Source: the human T2T-CHM13v2.0 reference genome, Homo sapiens
Direction: 5' to 3' (one strand)
Assembly (NCBI RefSeq): GCF_009914755.1
Contig: NC_060928.1
Length of the DNA: 64,000 bases
Part shown: positions 40,991 to 54,552 of the stretch, one piece after another
Position numbering within the stretch: position 1 is the first letter of the stretch
How the letters are laid out: the number at the start of each line of letters is the position of its first letter
Made by a program: the position numbers and the translations under genes
The notes under the pieces: model-generated
Databases searched by the model: none
What the model saw: only the letters and a program-made list of their open reading frames with translations
Told to the model about the DNA's origin: nothing

Positions 40991-43519
40991 CCCATCATGG
41001 AGTGTCTCTTTATTATATCAGTTTTTTAAAGTGCCCTCTGGTAGCATCTAGCAGCTTAAACTATTGAATACCAAATTAAATAATCTTTTTCCATCCACCG
41101 CTACCACCAGATAATCTTCTTTCTCACATATATAACTTCATATTAAAAACAGATATCTTTTTCCTAGGAAATGCTCACTATTGTCTTTCTTATATATTTA
41201 ATACAGTAGACAGGTTCACACCCTTACACTGTAGAAATTTCATTTCCACTATACCTATACTCTGGAATATTTAGAATATGTTTAACTTTGAAATTTAATG
41301 AGCGATGTAGAATTATATTTTTATAAAATTATTTTCTAATAATAAAATTTCATTATAAGTCCTGCTTAAATTTATGCTACAAAAATTATTTATTGTATTA
41401 TGAACATGTTAATTACCTATACATCCTATAAAAGTGAATGATTAATCAGGGACATTCTACTCTGTACTAGAAAGCACTCAAGGACACCTCTCTCTGTCTC
41501 CAGATGGAGTCATTAGGGACTCATGATTGGGTCACTGTAATAGTGAATGAAGCTTTGAGTGTGAAGTGGAAAGAGATTACCCATTTAAAGTTAAACTGGA
41601 AATTAAATTCTCACTTATCTGATTTTAGCCACTTTTTTTGTGTACTTTCTTCCTTTCCCAGATGTGAAACTAATTTAGCAGGTTAGGGCCTAAAGGCAAT
41701 TCTCACAGGTAAGCTGTGTTTCTGAATGCCAAGCAGGAACAAGAGGAAAGACCCACATGGAAGAGTTGAGCCAGCTGCCTGGGCCTGTCTCTAACTTCGA
41801 TTTTGTGCTAAAGGGTCAAGGAGCTTAAGCATGGTTCTTCTCAGAATGTCACATAGGAGATGATATATCTGGCATCCTTAGTAAGAAGGAATGAATGAGC
41901 ACCAATAGTGAAGTATGCTTTTGCCTTGGAGTATGTTTTTGCATAAATCATTTAAGAAATTCAATATTGGGATAAGATTAGATAATTAGGGTCCTGGCCC
42001 TGTGTTTCAATCCTACCTGGACTGACTAAGTTAGAAGTAACTGACAAATGCTAATAATTTGAATACTTTTTAAAATCAGGGTATTGAAAAGAGTGATGAT
42101 GTTGCTCTGATTTTCCCTGATGCTGAGAGGTTGCACATTCAATTTGCTATAGTATTACCATTTTGGTGAAGTTCCTTTTAGATTATAGTTCAAAAATTAA
42201 AACCATATAATCTTATTCATGAATTCTAAACATTTTATAACTGGCACAACTGTCCTTCTCAATTTCTTTTATTTAGAGTCATTTAACAAGGATATGATCT
42301 TCTTTCTCTTGCCTTTTTCACACTTAACACTGAAAGCTTAACCAACTCCATTCAGAACTAAAGAAAGGAACAATGTGGTTTTGTACTTCATAACAGCAAT
42401 TGCTCTATTTATAAGGAACAGCTTTTCTACGGACTCTTAGGAGAAACATCCATCTCCAGCCCCCATCTCTTCTTGCACTGGCTTTCATAAGATTCATCTC
42501 TTCATATTTATTGCCCCACGACAAGGAAGGGAAGGGAAAGCTTTGGTCCCAGTTTTATTTATTTATTTATTTATTTATTTAAATGCGTCCTTGTTTCTAG
42601 TGAAAGAAGTAAGTAGGAACTAAGTGGTGGTGAAATAATGTATTCAGGCACATTGCCCAGCCTCTTTCTCCATGCTTTTCATAAAAGGAACCACGTCAAG
42701 GAAAAAAGGAAACTTCTGGTCCTAGATCCTCTGAGTGCTGGTTACAAAGAGTCACAAAGGTGGTGATTTAATGCTGGTTTTCCACCCACACAGGGCACAG
42801 CCCCACAGCTCCCATCCAAGGAATTAGTGCCAAGCTAATTCATAACCTTAAAAGGGCCAACTGAAGTTTTATAATTTTGTGTCAGTTGAATGAGTTATTT
42901 AGCTTCTTCGTTTATCACTCACAGCCAGTCTTGAAATGGTGTTAGCCCTCCTACGGTGTGCACCACAGGAAACTGAGGCAATTAGGGAGATCTTTGTCCT
43001 CCAGTAGGGTCTTTCATTCCATACGAATGCAAGGGAAAAAGTTGAATCCATTGTAGTCAATTACAAAACTAAAATGTTCTGTTTCATTATTTAGTTAGTT
43101 AATACGTCTCTATGTTGTACAAAGCACCGGTACCTACACTCTGTAGCTCTTAATCATGCTTTCAATTGATTCTGATTCACAGTTGCCCAACCACTTAAAT
43201 ATATGAAATTAATACATTGTCATTGCTAACTATAATTTGGGAGGGAAAAACCATTAATACAAGGGGTTCTTCAGAATAGACACAATAAAATGTAATGAAA
43301 ATGTTGGGACTCATTATTTGGAGTTAATTACTTGCAAAGATGCTTTTTGTTTAAAACCGAGTTTGCACTGTGTACTTACATGAGGATGGAGTGGTGTAAC
43401 ACGGAAAGTTTACACAACGTTTATTAAATAACAAGAAACGGTGTATATACATAATGTATTTATTTACCTATTCATATAACATTTAAAAAATATATATTTT
43501 TTGTTTGCTTTACAATTTT

Positions 43520-43690
43520 CAACTGATTTTACTTAATTTTTACAACTTGACAATATAATTCTAAAATTTACATTGAAAAACAAAAGGACTAAAAAGGCCA
43601 TAAACTAAATATTGAAAAAGGAGAACAAAGATGAAAGACTTACATAGATTTCAAGAACTGCTATAGCTACAGTATTCAAGACAGTGTGTT
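43520..43690 (+). mobile_element. Old L1M ORF2 fragment
   Basis: attctaaaatttaca...gaaaaaggagaacaaag...agatttcaaga...gctacagtattcaagacagtgtg. Confidence 0.6.
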
Positions 43691-43904
43691 TTTTCTTTAC
43701 AAAAATATATATTGAGTGAGTCCTATATAACTTCAAATGTAACATTAAAACATTTTTTTGAAGTCCAAATACCTTTTGTATAGTTTTTATAGATATGCCA
43801 CTGTTGAACACAATTGTCATCAATAATACACTTTCCCTACTGAAACCACTGGTGTAATGACTTAACTTTGAAATACCCCAGCAGAGATAAGGCAACCCAG
43901 TGGG

Positions 43905-44135
43905 GAAGCATATATCATGGTGGTTCAAAGCACTAACAATGGAGTCAGGCTTGTCTTCAGAACCTGCTTTGCCACTTACCAATATTGAAGAATCCTAGGC
44001 AAAATACCTGTTTAATCTATAAAAAGAGCTAACATTACTATCCCTTACATTGTTATAAGGGTTAAATTAGATTAGAGTGCTTAGCAGAGTGGCCAGCAAA
44101 TAGCAAACACTCAATAAATCTTCACTCATTTTATT
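43905..44135 (+). mobile_element. MIR
   Basis: ggtggttcaaagcac...tggagtcagg...gccacttacc...agtgcttagcagagtggccagca...cactcaataaat. Confidence 0.7.
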
Positions 44136-45449
44136 AATAATAACATACTTCTCAGTCTTCCAAATGGTGATTCAGGTTAGTAAAGAAGGAAATGCTTTTT
44201 AAGAGAAAATAGAAAGAAGCAGACAATCTCTTTTGAGGGACTCCCACGGCATATTGATGTTTTTTAAATAAAAATTGTTGCTTGCTTGTATGGTTCCACA
44301 AAAGGTGTCATGGTGAAAAAAAGCAAAAGCAGAAGAATGGAATTGTCATCCACAACCAAAACAATTTTCCTTGGGATAACTTAACAAGATAGTAAAGAAA
44401 AGTCAGAGAGAGTGAGTAAAGAGACACAGAAGTCTGAAAGTCACATCTGAGAGAGACCCATCACATTTAACAGTGACAAATATTAACTAAGGTGAGAGGA
44501 GTCCGAAGAAATAATAAACCTTCCAGCCATGACAGATGACAGTGTTATACCAGAAAACTTGTAAGACAACAAAGGAAGACATAACTGTAAATCACTCACA
44601 TCAACACGATTCACAATAATTTTTGGAAGTATTCACAAGTGTGGCATATTCTTTTAGCAACTTAGTCCTAAGTATTTTCGAAATACTTGATTTTCACATA
44701 ATAGCAGGGAAAAGCATAAACTATACAAGAATGCTAATATACTCCTCAAAGAACTGAGAACTATCACGAATATAACTTTGCTGCCTTCAACTTTCCGTCA
44801 CCAGTTACTATAGACTAAGTGCATATTCACATCTATATTCCAATTACTGAAAAAATAGGAAAGGGTACAGAATTCAAATGTATAAAGAAATAAAAAATAT
44901 CCAGGTTAGTACAATTGAATGTCAAAACAACTATTTCCCTTAATAAACTTATGATGAGAAAGCATTCAATTGGTTGCATGCTCACTAATTTGATAAATAT
45001 GTGAGATTAACTAAATCATCCAGTTTCTCACTTGCTTTTTTTGGGTCATAGTCTAGCCATGCAATGGAAAAATGCAACCAAGTCAGAATAAGAGAAGGGT
45101 AGTGGGTCCCATGTGGGTGGAACTGGACCTGTTGGATACTAAGCTGAGGTGAAGAGGTAGCTTGGAATATTGAATCCAATAATCCTGAGTTCTAATGTCA
45201 GATATTACATAAACTTTTGTGTCTTTGGAAGAGTCAACTTCTCTTTCAGGGCCAACATCTTCTGATATGCAAAGTTGGGAAGTCAAAGTAGATAATTCAG
45301 GTTTCCTCCAACCCTACCATTCTGTGATTTCAACTGTTCCTTTTGTTGCCTATGTTATTCCTTTTGCTGCATCTTTCATTACTACCATCATTTCTCTACG
45401 AACATGAGGATAGAGAAAAAGGTTTGGTTGGGAAAGGGACATGGGGTGT

Positions 45450-45813
45450 TTTTATGGTCTGAAAGTTTCTTTTCTTTCCTAATTCATATGTTGAAACTTA
45501 ATCACCAGTGTGATGGTACTTGGAGGTGGGGCCTTTGGGAAGTGATTAGACCATGAATTCAGAATGTTCATAAATGGGACTAGTAACCTCATAAAAGAGG
45601 TCCCAGTGAGCTGCCTCCCCACTTCTACCACACGAAGACACAACTAGTAGGCATCATCTTTGAACCAGAAAGCAGGCCCTCACTAGACACCAAATCTTCT
45701 GGAACCTTGATCTTCAACTTAACCTCTAGAACTGTGAGAAATAAATGTCTGATGTTTATAAGCTACTCAGTTTATGGTAGTTTGTTATATAGCACACCAA
45801 ATGGACTAAGACA
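45450..45813 (+). mobile_element. MaLR LTR MLT1A0-like
   Basis: aattcatatgttgaaacttaatc...ggtggggcctttgggaagtgattag...gaactgtgagaaataaatg...ggactaagaca. Confidence 0.87.
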
Positions 45814-46604
45814 GATGTTATAAAAAATAACTCTGGATAAAGGATGTATGCAAAATAAAAGCCAATTTGTTGAATAATCACTGCCTTAGAAGTTGTGGTC
45901 GCTCTTTTGTCATCTTAGACGTGTTCAGCACTTATATAAATAACTATTAATGCAGTTGCTTGAAAATGTAATAGATCAATGCATAATCATGTATCTGATG
46001 GCTTAATGGTAGCTATAACTAAGGTGATCAAAGTTCCCTAATGTGTAAATTGAAAACATTGGACAGGCTTCATGTATCCTCCAAGATTTATTTCTGCTGA
46101 AAGTTACATGTTTCTTTTGCAAAGCCTCACGCCATAAATTAATTACCTTTTCCACTGTCACTAAAGTTTTATCTCACCCTTACAGCCTTTTTCTTGGCTG
46201 GAGTGGTTACTGAAATAATTTTATAAATTACTTCTTATTCTTAAATGAAGTAGAAGATGGAGGTATTTGCAGCATGGCTCTAAGTCGCAAATGAGTCAGC
46301 ATTCTGCTATGATTCATCTTTACTTCTATCTGCTGGCTGAAAACTATCACTTCTTTAGGCTTCTCTATGTTTTCTCAATAAACAAACTCTTGTTTTTCTT
46401 TTCAGGGCCACTTTTTTATTAAAAAATAATTTATTATTAATTTATGAAACAATCTACATGTCAAGCAGAAAACAATAAAGCTATAAATTTTTGTTTGTGC
46501 TACATATACTGGCCCAATCCATGATGCGTGCTCACTTACAGACTAGTTACTTACAGCTGATGCAAGCCTCACAGATTACAAAATTCATTTCTCATACTTT
46601 CTTT

Positions 46605-46825
46605 ACATTTTTTTGACTGCTCACTAAACATCAAGCACTGCACTATGCATTTTATTTTGCGTTTTATTAACTTAATCCTCATAATAACTTTATGAGTTAG
46701 GTGTTATTATTAACTCATTTTACAGATGAGAAAACAGGCTTAAAAGGTTGACTAATTAGTTCAAGTTCACTCTTCACTGGTAACAAAGCCAAGACATGAC
46801 TTCAATTTCAACTCCAAAGCCTTCC
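46605..46825 (-). mobile_element. MIR
   Basis: ttaatcctcataataactttatgagttaggtgttattattaactcattttacagatgagaaaacaggct. Confidence 0.75.
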
Positions 46826-49800
46826 TTAAATATAACCTTTAGCAAAATTAGGGATTACTACATGCCATGAACCTTGCGAATCACTTTCAAGTTGCTGATA
46901 TTGCAAATTTGCATTCACAGATATCAAAAAGCGCAGTTCACTGTTCTTCATGTTGGAAGAGATGATACAGATGTTGATAAATATGTAGCTGGACCCGAAA
47001 GCAACAATATGTGAAAAAGTGTTCTGCATACTACAAAACCAAAGGATATTGGTGTCTATTAAGTAAATGCAACAGTTTATTTATCCCCTTGATGAATTAT
47101 AGACTATAATGTGGCTGAACTTTTCTATTAATCACAAATAATAAACACGCTTTTAAAAATTTTTCGTCATAGTTTCTCATTGTTTTTTTTGACTACCATC
47201 AAGATCATCCCACCAAAAAACTGTTTCCTCTTTGGCGTCATCATGCTTGCCCAACTTTTAATACCTTTCATTTGAATTGTGGCTTTGAATAAAGTATCTA
47301 CTGTGTCATGTCATCTTAATCTTTGACAAAGAATAAAAACCCACAATTATTAATGCTGTAACTTTAACGCAGGCTTCTAATTTTGGTACCTGGTGGTAGC
47401 ATTTTTTTTGTTTAGAAAAATATTTTTTCTTTTGTAGAAAAGAATAAAAACTGTAAAAGGTATTGAGTTAACATTTCTTAATATATAAAAAACAGTCCCA
47501 TTTTAACATTCCTCCTCTACCCTTTATTGCTAGCCTTGGAAAGCAAGGTGGGGAGGGGCATATTCAGGTCTTAACCTCCCTAGCATTTGAGGGCAATTAA
47601 CAGGTGGATAAGAAATTTATTTTTCTTAGTACAGTTATATGTCTGGAATTTATTTAGTGGTTTTAAGTGAGACTAGAAAACAGGATTGCAAATAGGGTGG
47701 GAAAAATAAGCCAGAAAAACCAAGATAATTTCCAGTTGAATTATGACCTCAACTGGGTTCTGGAGAATGGAATTTTCATAATTCACAATCTTATATTGGC
47801 TACTTCTGGAGACATGGGGCTGAGGGCAATATCCTTTGTAGAATCCCTGTTCTATTTCCTGCGCTGTTTGTCTGTAGCCTGTATTCCTGCTTCACTAATT
47901 GATTGTTTTTTATATGCTAGCTTCCTAAAAGGAATTAAGGTGGCTTCCATTACTAAGGAAAGAAATACTTGTACCATGACACTAGCCTAAGAATAATTAA
48001 GGCAGTTAAGCAGAAATGTAAATTTTCACCTTCCCAGCTGTCACTGAAAACATGTTTACCCATGTAGTGAAAATAACTAAGAGTAAAAATTTAAACAAAC
48101 TCTGGAAGAGCAATTGCTAAAAGAAAACAGAGTCAGACCATAGAAAGTCTGATGCAAACAAGAGGAACAGTGACAATACATAGTTGCTACTCCAAACCAA
48201 CAGAGGAAAGAATTATGCTACAAGAAAAAAGAAAGGATTCCAATAAGAGATAAGTTAACACAACTGGAAATGAATGCTCTCTATGAATAAGCCCTCCCTG
48301 AAAATGTTTCTGGATGCAATATTCATTCCTGGCACAGGAAGTAACCAAATGTCACCCAAATGATCTGGAAATTAATGTCACCTCCTAGTATATTCTTTAT
48401 TTTCAAGGAAACAATATACCCTCAGATTTATTCTGCCTAGAAAATCCACTTCAGAAAATGAGACAAGGGAGTAAAAGGTAAATATGCACAAGCAGCTTCA
48501 CTGCCTAGGTCTGACTGAGTCAGGGTGGATTGCAGATAGAAAGAGCAAGAAGTGCCACTTTGCACATTTTCTGTCTTTTCTGTCTGCTTGATGCTGCTGC
48601 CAGTTAATGTTAGAGGAGCAGGACTCCCGTTTGGAGCTGCTTCCCTTGGACTTTGGTGGGTCCACCCCTCACAAGCACAGCTGGCAGGCACTGTTTGGCA
48701 TTGGTCTTCATAGAGCAGCCCATCAAACCTGTTTGCAAATTCCACCAGGGGACAGAGTGGCTTTTCAAACTGTCAACTCCCTTGGCTTTGAGCTCTAACA
48801 CTCCGTCTGCAACATCATTCTCTGCTAAGTGGAAGACATGCAGACAGGATGACATGTCCCAACACAGGTCTGGTGTCCCAGAACTGCTCTGATGGCATGC
48901 TATTTCCGCACAATGAGAACACATGGGCCTTTGTGCAGTGTGCATCTGGAAAACTTCCCAGAGCATGCATCTGCCCTCTGATTTACACCTTGCAGAATAA
49001 GGCTGACCGGTGGGAAAGCGACCGAATCTATAAGCAGTGGGTGGGCTGTGTTCCCTCCCCCTACCCCTACCTCCTTCTTATTCTGAGAAACAATCGTGGG
49101 TGTTCCTATCTCCCCAAAACTCCCTGCCCTGAAAAAGAAAGGGAAAAAGCTGCTTCCTGGCTGAATAAAGCTGAAACACCTGTGTGCCAGAAATACACAG
49201 ATGTAGACGGGCACAGCATTGGTGCAGATCCATCTGCCCAGCGTGCTTCACTTGGTGGTTAGAGTGGTATCCAATTAGGATGGGAAACCCACACCAGAAG
49301 AAAGATTCCTTTGGTCCTCATTATCCTCATTCCCTTACAATTCTTCTCACATTTCTCTCTCTCACTAATGCTTTACCCGAGGATGAATATACAATGCCAA
49401 AAACAACCCTTGCTTAAAAAGCCCTGAAAGGCAATTCTATTTCAGGTGGTATCTTCCCTTCATCATTATTCATCCTGCCTTTTTACTTTGGGCTAGAAGG
49501 ACAAATGGAAAGAAAAACAATACAATAGTCAGTGCAAACTGAACCTTTGTCAGAAAATGTGTGTCTTTTATGTTACAGCTGTGAACTGCTCATGTGAAAT
49601 GTGTGCTGAGTGTCATTCATTCCAAAAATATTTATTAAATACTAACATGCCTGGTTTTGTGTTAAGTCCTGGAGGTATGGCACCTGGCAAAATGGCCTCA
49701 CCAGAACTCACTGATGAATGCAGTAAAAAATACCTGCATCGTGTATTGCAAAAACAATGTAACATTTAATATCATTGCCGTTTTTATTCTCCTGCTTTTA

Positions 49801-50104
49801 TCTATAGCATTATTTATTTTTCTCTCATATAGGGCAATTTCCACAGAGAACATATTGAGTCTAAATTGCTCAGTACAGTGTCTATCATGGTGCAGGCAAC
49901 AAGCAGCTGGTCTGGGAGAATAAGATATTCAGAGTTGGATGCTTTCATAGCCGTTTAAGCTGTGGGTATTACCCAAATGAACTTTCTATACAGCTTTGGA
50001 AAATGGACTGGAGTATGGAAGTATCTGGGTGTGGGGAAGAGACAGAAGTTATTCATCAGGATCTCAAATAGATCGATTTTTGGACAACAATTGTCTGTTA
50101 GGGT

Positions 50105-50370
50105 TTTTTTTTTATCCTTTTAATTTTGAGATAATATTAGGCTCATAGGAGTGTTGCTAGATAGTACAGAGAGTTCCTGTAGGCCTTTCACTCTGCTTCT
50201 CCTAATATTAACATCATATATAACCACGGTACATTGATCTAAACTAAGAAATTAACATTGATACAATACTATTAACTAAATGACACACTGTATTAAAATT
50301 TCAGTAGTTTTTCCACTAATGTCCTCTTTCCATCCTAAGATCTAATCCAGGAGGTCACATGGAATTTAGG
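50105..50370 (-). mobile_element. L1MC-type 3' end fragment
   Basis: ttttaattttgagataat...atagtacagagagttcctgta...aaactaagaaattaacattgatacaatactattaactaaa. Confidence 0.75.
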
Positions 50371-53300
50371 TTTTGCTTGGTGTTAATTGAGCTATTTCTC
50401 TACTCTCGATGTCCTATTGATATGATATCACCATTTTTGAAAAGAAGTTCTCACCTTCGAATCTGTAAAATGCTAGAAAGGAGATAGGAAAGAAGGTAAA
50501 GTGGGAAACAATGGGAAAATTTTCTTTTATTTTTTAATTTTCAATCTACCTGCAGGGAGAACAGCATGACTTAGGAACATGGTTTTTCTGACCCTCCCTA
50601 TCTTTTTAGCCCTGAGAAAATAAAAGATCAAGTACTCTCTTTAGAAGATAACCTTGTAAATCTCTAACGGCTCAACAGCCATTTAGTCTGATGCAGCCCT
50701 GGATTGCTATTTCCATTTCACAGATGGGGAAAATGAAGCCCTGCCCTGCTGAATGATTGTTTAGGATCACAAAGCCCTGACTTACCTATAATAAAACTAA
50801 GACTAAGACTTACAAGGGGAATGGGGGAATCCAGCTCAGCCCTGAAGTCTCTCTCAGTGGTTAACCCTTATTATAAGAAATGGCATTTATTTGTCAGGAT
50901 ATAAGAACAATGTTTTTACAAGGAAAAGTTTGGAGCAATAACCGAAAATAAAGTCCCTTAGTACATCTGGGGGAATGGGGAAGCATTCTATATTACTCTA
51001 GCAATGAACTCTGGCTACTGCTGAGCTAAACTCTAAGTTGCAATTAGTTTAAGCTGCAAACATCAAGCACCAAAGGAATGCTGGGCTTTCATAGGTGCAA
51101 TGTTTTCAAGCCAGTGACTTTATACTATGGAGGCATATTCTGAAAAGGCTGGCAGCATTCTAGACCCAGGAACCTGAGCTACAGACATCAAAGGGATTCA
51201 CTTCTTAATTCTGGACATTTGTAAAGTCCACCAGAAGCAAACATGCTGGAACTTCAACAGCAGGTATTACACTGACTGTAAAAATCATCCATCTTAGTCA
51301 AAATTACAAACAGGTCTCCTTGTCTCCCTCCTCCCCACTCCATCCATCCCTTTCCCTCACGGTAAAAGAATCAACATGAAGCAAAATGTGTTCATTCCTC
51401 TGTACCAGTAACGATGCTGCCAGGGAGGGGGACTACTCCCTGGATCAAAGAGGCCTCTCTCACAGGGCAGTGTGTGGTGAAGGAACATTACTCCACAGCC
51501 CCTCTCATTCCCTTTCCCTCTCTCTTGCTTTTTCTTTCTTTCAACATTAGGCATTCTTTTATAGTTTCAAATTAACATTAAAGTACAATAACAGTGATTC
51601 ATGGCTGTGATAAACAAAAAAATAGGGATACCTTCACAATAAAACTCTGTAAAATGCACAAACTGACACGTTTTAAATGACTCTTTAGTAACAGGGGAGA
51701 AAAAAAGCATATGAGGTAAATCCTTCACTGAGTAACTCACCAGGGAGACTGGTAAAAATAAATTGCACAGCTCTAATTTTCCTAGCAGCTTCCATGCTAT
51801 TCTTTGAAACTGAGTACGAACCCCTTGGCCTAATCCCAAGAGCCGATCTATAGTAAATAGTGCACACTTAAGCCTAAGTTCCTTTTTAGCACCATTCAGA
51901 CAGTGACTTCAGCCGCAGAGCTTAGTCATAGCAGACATTTTTGTGGTGAAAGCATTAAACCCACATGCAGCTCTCTTTCTGTGGCCACTGGGGGTCATGC
52001 TCCCTTCCCATTAGCTGAATAAATCATAAAGTCGGCTCAGACCACCCAAGGAGTGCGACCAGCAAGCCACAGGCGATGCCTACAGCCGGTTATTTCTTTT
52101 CAGAATCTACAGGGGGAAAAAAGCAGAAAAAGAAAAACAAGAAAAAAAAATACACTGCAAAACAGACTGCCTGTAGGAAATCATTTGAGTTTTTAAAAAT
52201 GTGATCTCTTTGAGAGTAACCCAGTGTTTTCTTGTTTACTTATTTATTTTTTAGTTAAAATCAGGGAGCCTGATTTAAGAAGAAAAGTAGCCATTGAAAA
52301 AATAAAGTCACATGCATGCCTTTTGTCATATGCTGGAGTTTGCTGACCAAAAAAAGAAAAAAAAAATCTTCTCTGTGGATTTTAAATTAAGGAAGGCCAC
52401 CCTGTGTGGCCAGGCTCTTCAGGTGGTTCCGATAAGACACAATGCAGATGCAACTGGGGGGCCCTGCATCCGGCTAGCTTACGTAGCCAAACGGGATTTA
52501 ACGAGGAAGCAAACGTGTTGTCTAATGTTCCCTGTGTCAAATGATTCACTCCGCCCAGGAAAGGGATGGGGTCCTGGAGGAAGATCTGCAAGTCACAAGT
52601 TCCCATCAATCAGTAAATAAGATAAGAAATAGGAATTTTAAACATAACTATTAGCAGGCAACTGCTATCACATCCACACACTGCAGCTCATTATGTTAAA
52701 TAGTCTCTTCGGGGAGTGTAGTGCGGGGGAGAGGAGCAGAAGGGGGCAGAGTGGTGAGAAAGAAGAATTTTTTTTTACATGCATTTTTAAAAACTGTGCT
52801 TTATTTTAGATAAGTCTGTAGATGTGCTGTAATTTTAAATAACTGTAGAAGTCTAACAGGCAACTAAAATTGTGACACCCCCTCACAACCCCATAACTAT
52901 TACCCTACCTCCAAGTAAAGTCTAGCCAGAAAGAAAGTATATTTGAGGTGGGTTCCAGTGATTTCCTCAGGACTCTGGGACAGGTAGCTGTTAGGATCTT
53001 GAAGGAATTTGAAGCTGAGTGGTGATCCCTTTTGTGTCCATGAACAGTCTCCCTAGTGTGTATTTGATAAACTTCAGTATGTGATCTTGTAAACTGGTTA
53101 TTTAGGAAGCACTCAAATTAACACACTATATTTACCCTTTGTTTAACTTCAGAACAATGTAGGCAATTTCTTTACCAGTGTCCACACAAAGCTCTGCCTA
53201 AAATCTTTAAAGCCCTCATCTGCAGTGACCCCCTTGCTGCTCAAGAAAGGACAGCCCCTCGGTCTACACTGGGGCATATTACATGGTGATTTTGAGACTC

Positions 53301-54552
53301 TTGCCCACCAGGGAGGAGGGCCGGTTCACTTATATCAGTTACATTTGTGACTTAATATGGTGAGTTGTAAGGTCACCCTCAATCAAAGCCATCTTGTATT
53401 GAAGCAATTTTAACTGTCAACAGCCTATGTCTTAAAAATCTCACGAGAAGACAAGTGAATCCACCTGTTGATAACCTACAGCCCATTATGAATTTGCTAA
53501 TTAAAATTTCCATTTGCTAGATTACACAACTTTAACTGTGTAATAAAAAGCTGCTTCCAAGGTAAACCAAAAGCATTGTAAACAAAACCCCTCAACCACG
53601 AGGTTTCACTCATCCTTGTGATGACTTTCATTTCTGTTTTATTCATGAATATATTTTCCACATCATTGAGAGCATAAAGCATTCTTAAGTAGATGCTTTG
53701 AACCATCCTTCCTGAGTCAGAGTGCTTGGAAGAATTAGACCAACTGCTGCATCGTGTCTAGCTGCTTATCTGTGATCCACCCCACTTCTGGAAATAGGGA
53801 CATGTCCCCTATGGACACAACATAGATAAAATGGCCTGTGCCTGCATTTATGGGGTCTGTGTTGCAGAAGAAAGTAAACAATTCCAAAGAAAATAGTCCA
53901 GAAGAAATAGAAATGCTACTAAAAACAGATGAGATTTAAGAAATAAATGCCTTTCTTTATGAATAAGCATCAGTAGCTTGTGAGGTTAGCTCTTAGGCTG
54001 TGTGATTTGCAACTTTCCTTTGGTCAGCCTCTGCCAGAATTGATTTTCTTTAGTGTTGTTGAAAGTGTGTGTGCACATACTAAGGGACATGAGTATAAAC
54101 TATACCATTTGGATGCACACAGATTGGGAATTTTTACTCTTATAGGAAATAAGGTAAAAAAAAAGAAGTCAGATGTTGGAACTTTGAGTTACGAAGATTA
54201 AGATAGTAGGATTGAAAGGGATTACTTTACTTTGTAAACAATACTGTTTTAAAAACAACTTACTCCAGCTCAACCTGACTACATTTCCCAAGATAGGATG
54301 AGGGGAGCATTACTCTCTCTCTGTTCTCCAATTAGATTCCATTCTCTTCAGTGCTCTCTGCCCAGGTGTCTCCTTCCATTTTTCCTTTGCCATCTCGCTG
54401 AAGTTTATCTGTCCTCTCTCAGCAGGGTTGAACTCTGTCTTGAGATAAGCAGCTACTCTAATATTAGTTATAGACGACATGAAGACTCTAGGTTCACCAT
54501 AAAATCATTCTTTCCTAGACTAAAGCCTAAAATTAATGAGCATTATACATTC

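Noticed and set aside
44670-44688. aagtattt-tcg-aaatactt hairpin and similar 8-9 bp inverted repeats (e.g. ~27090-27136)
   Set aside because: Expected by chance in AT-rich DNA
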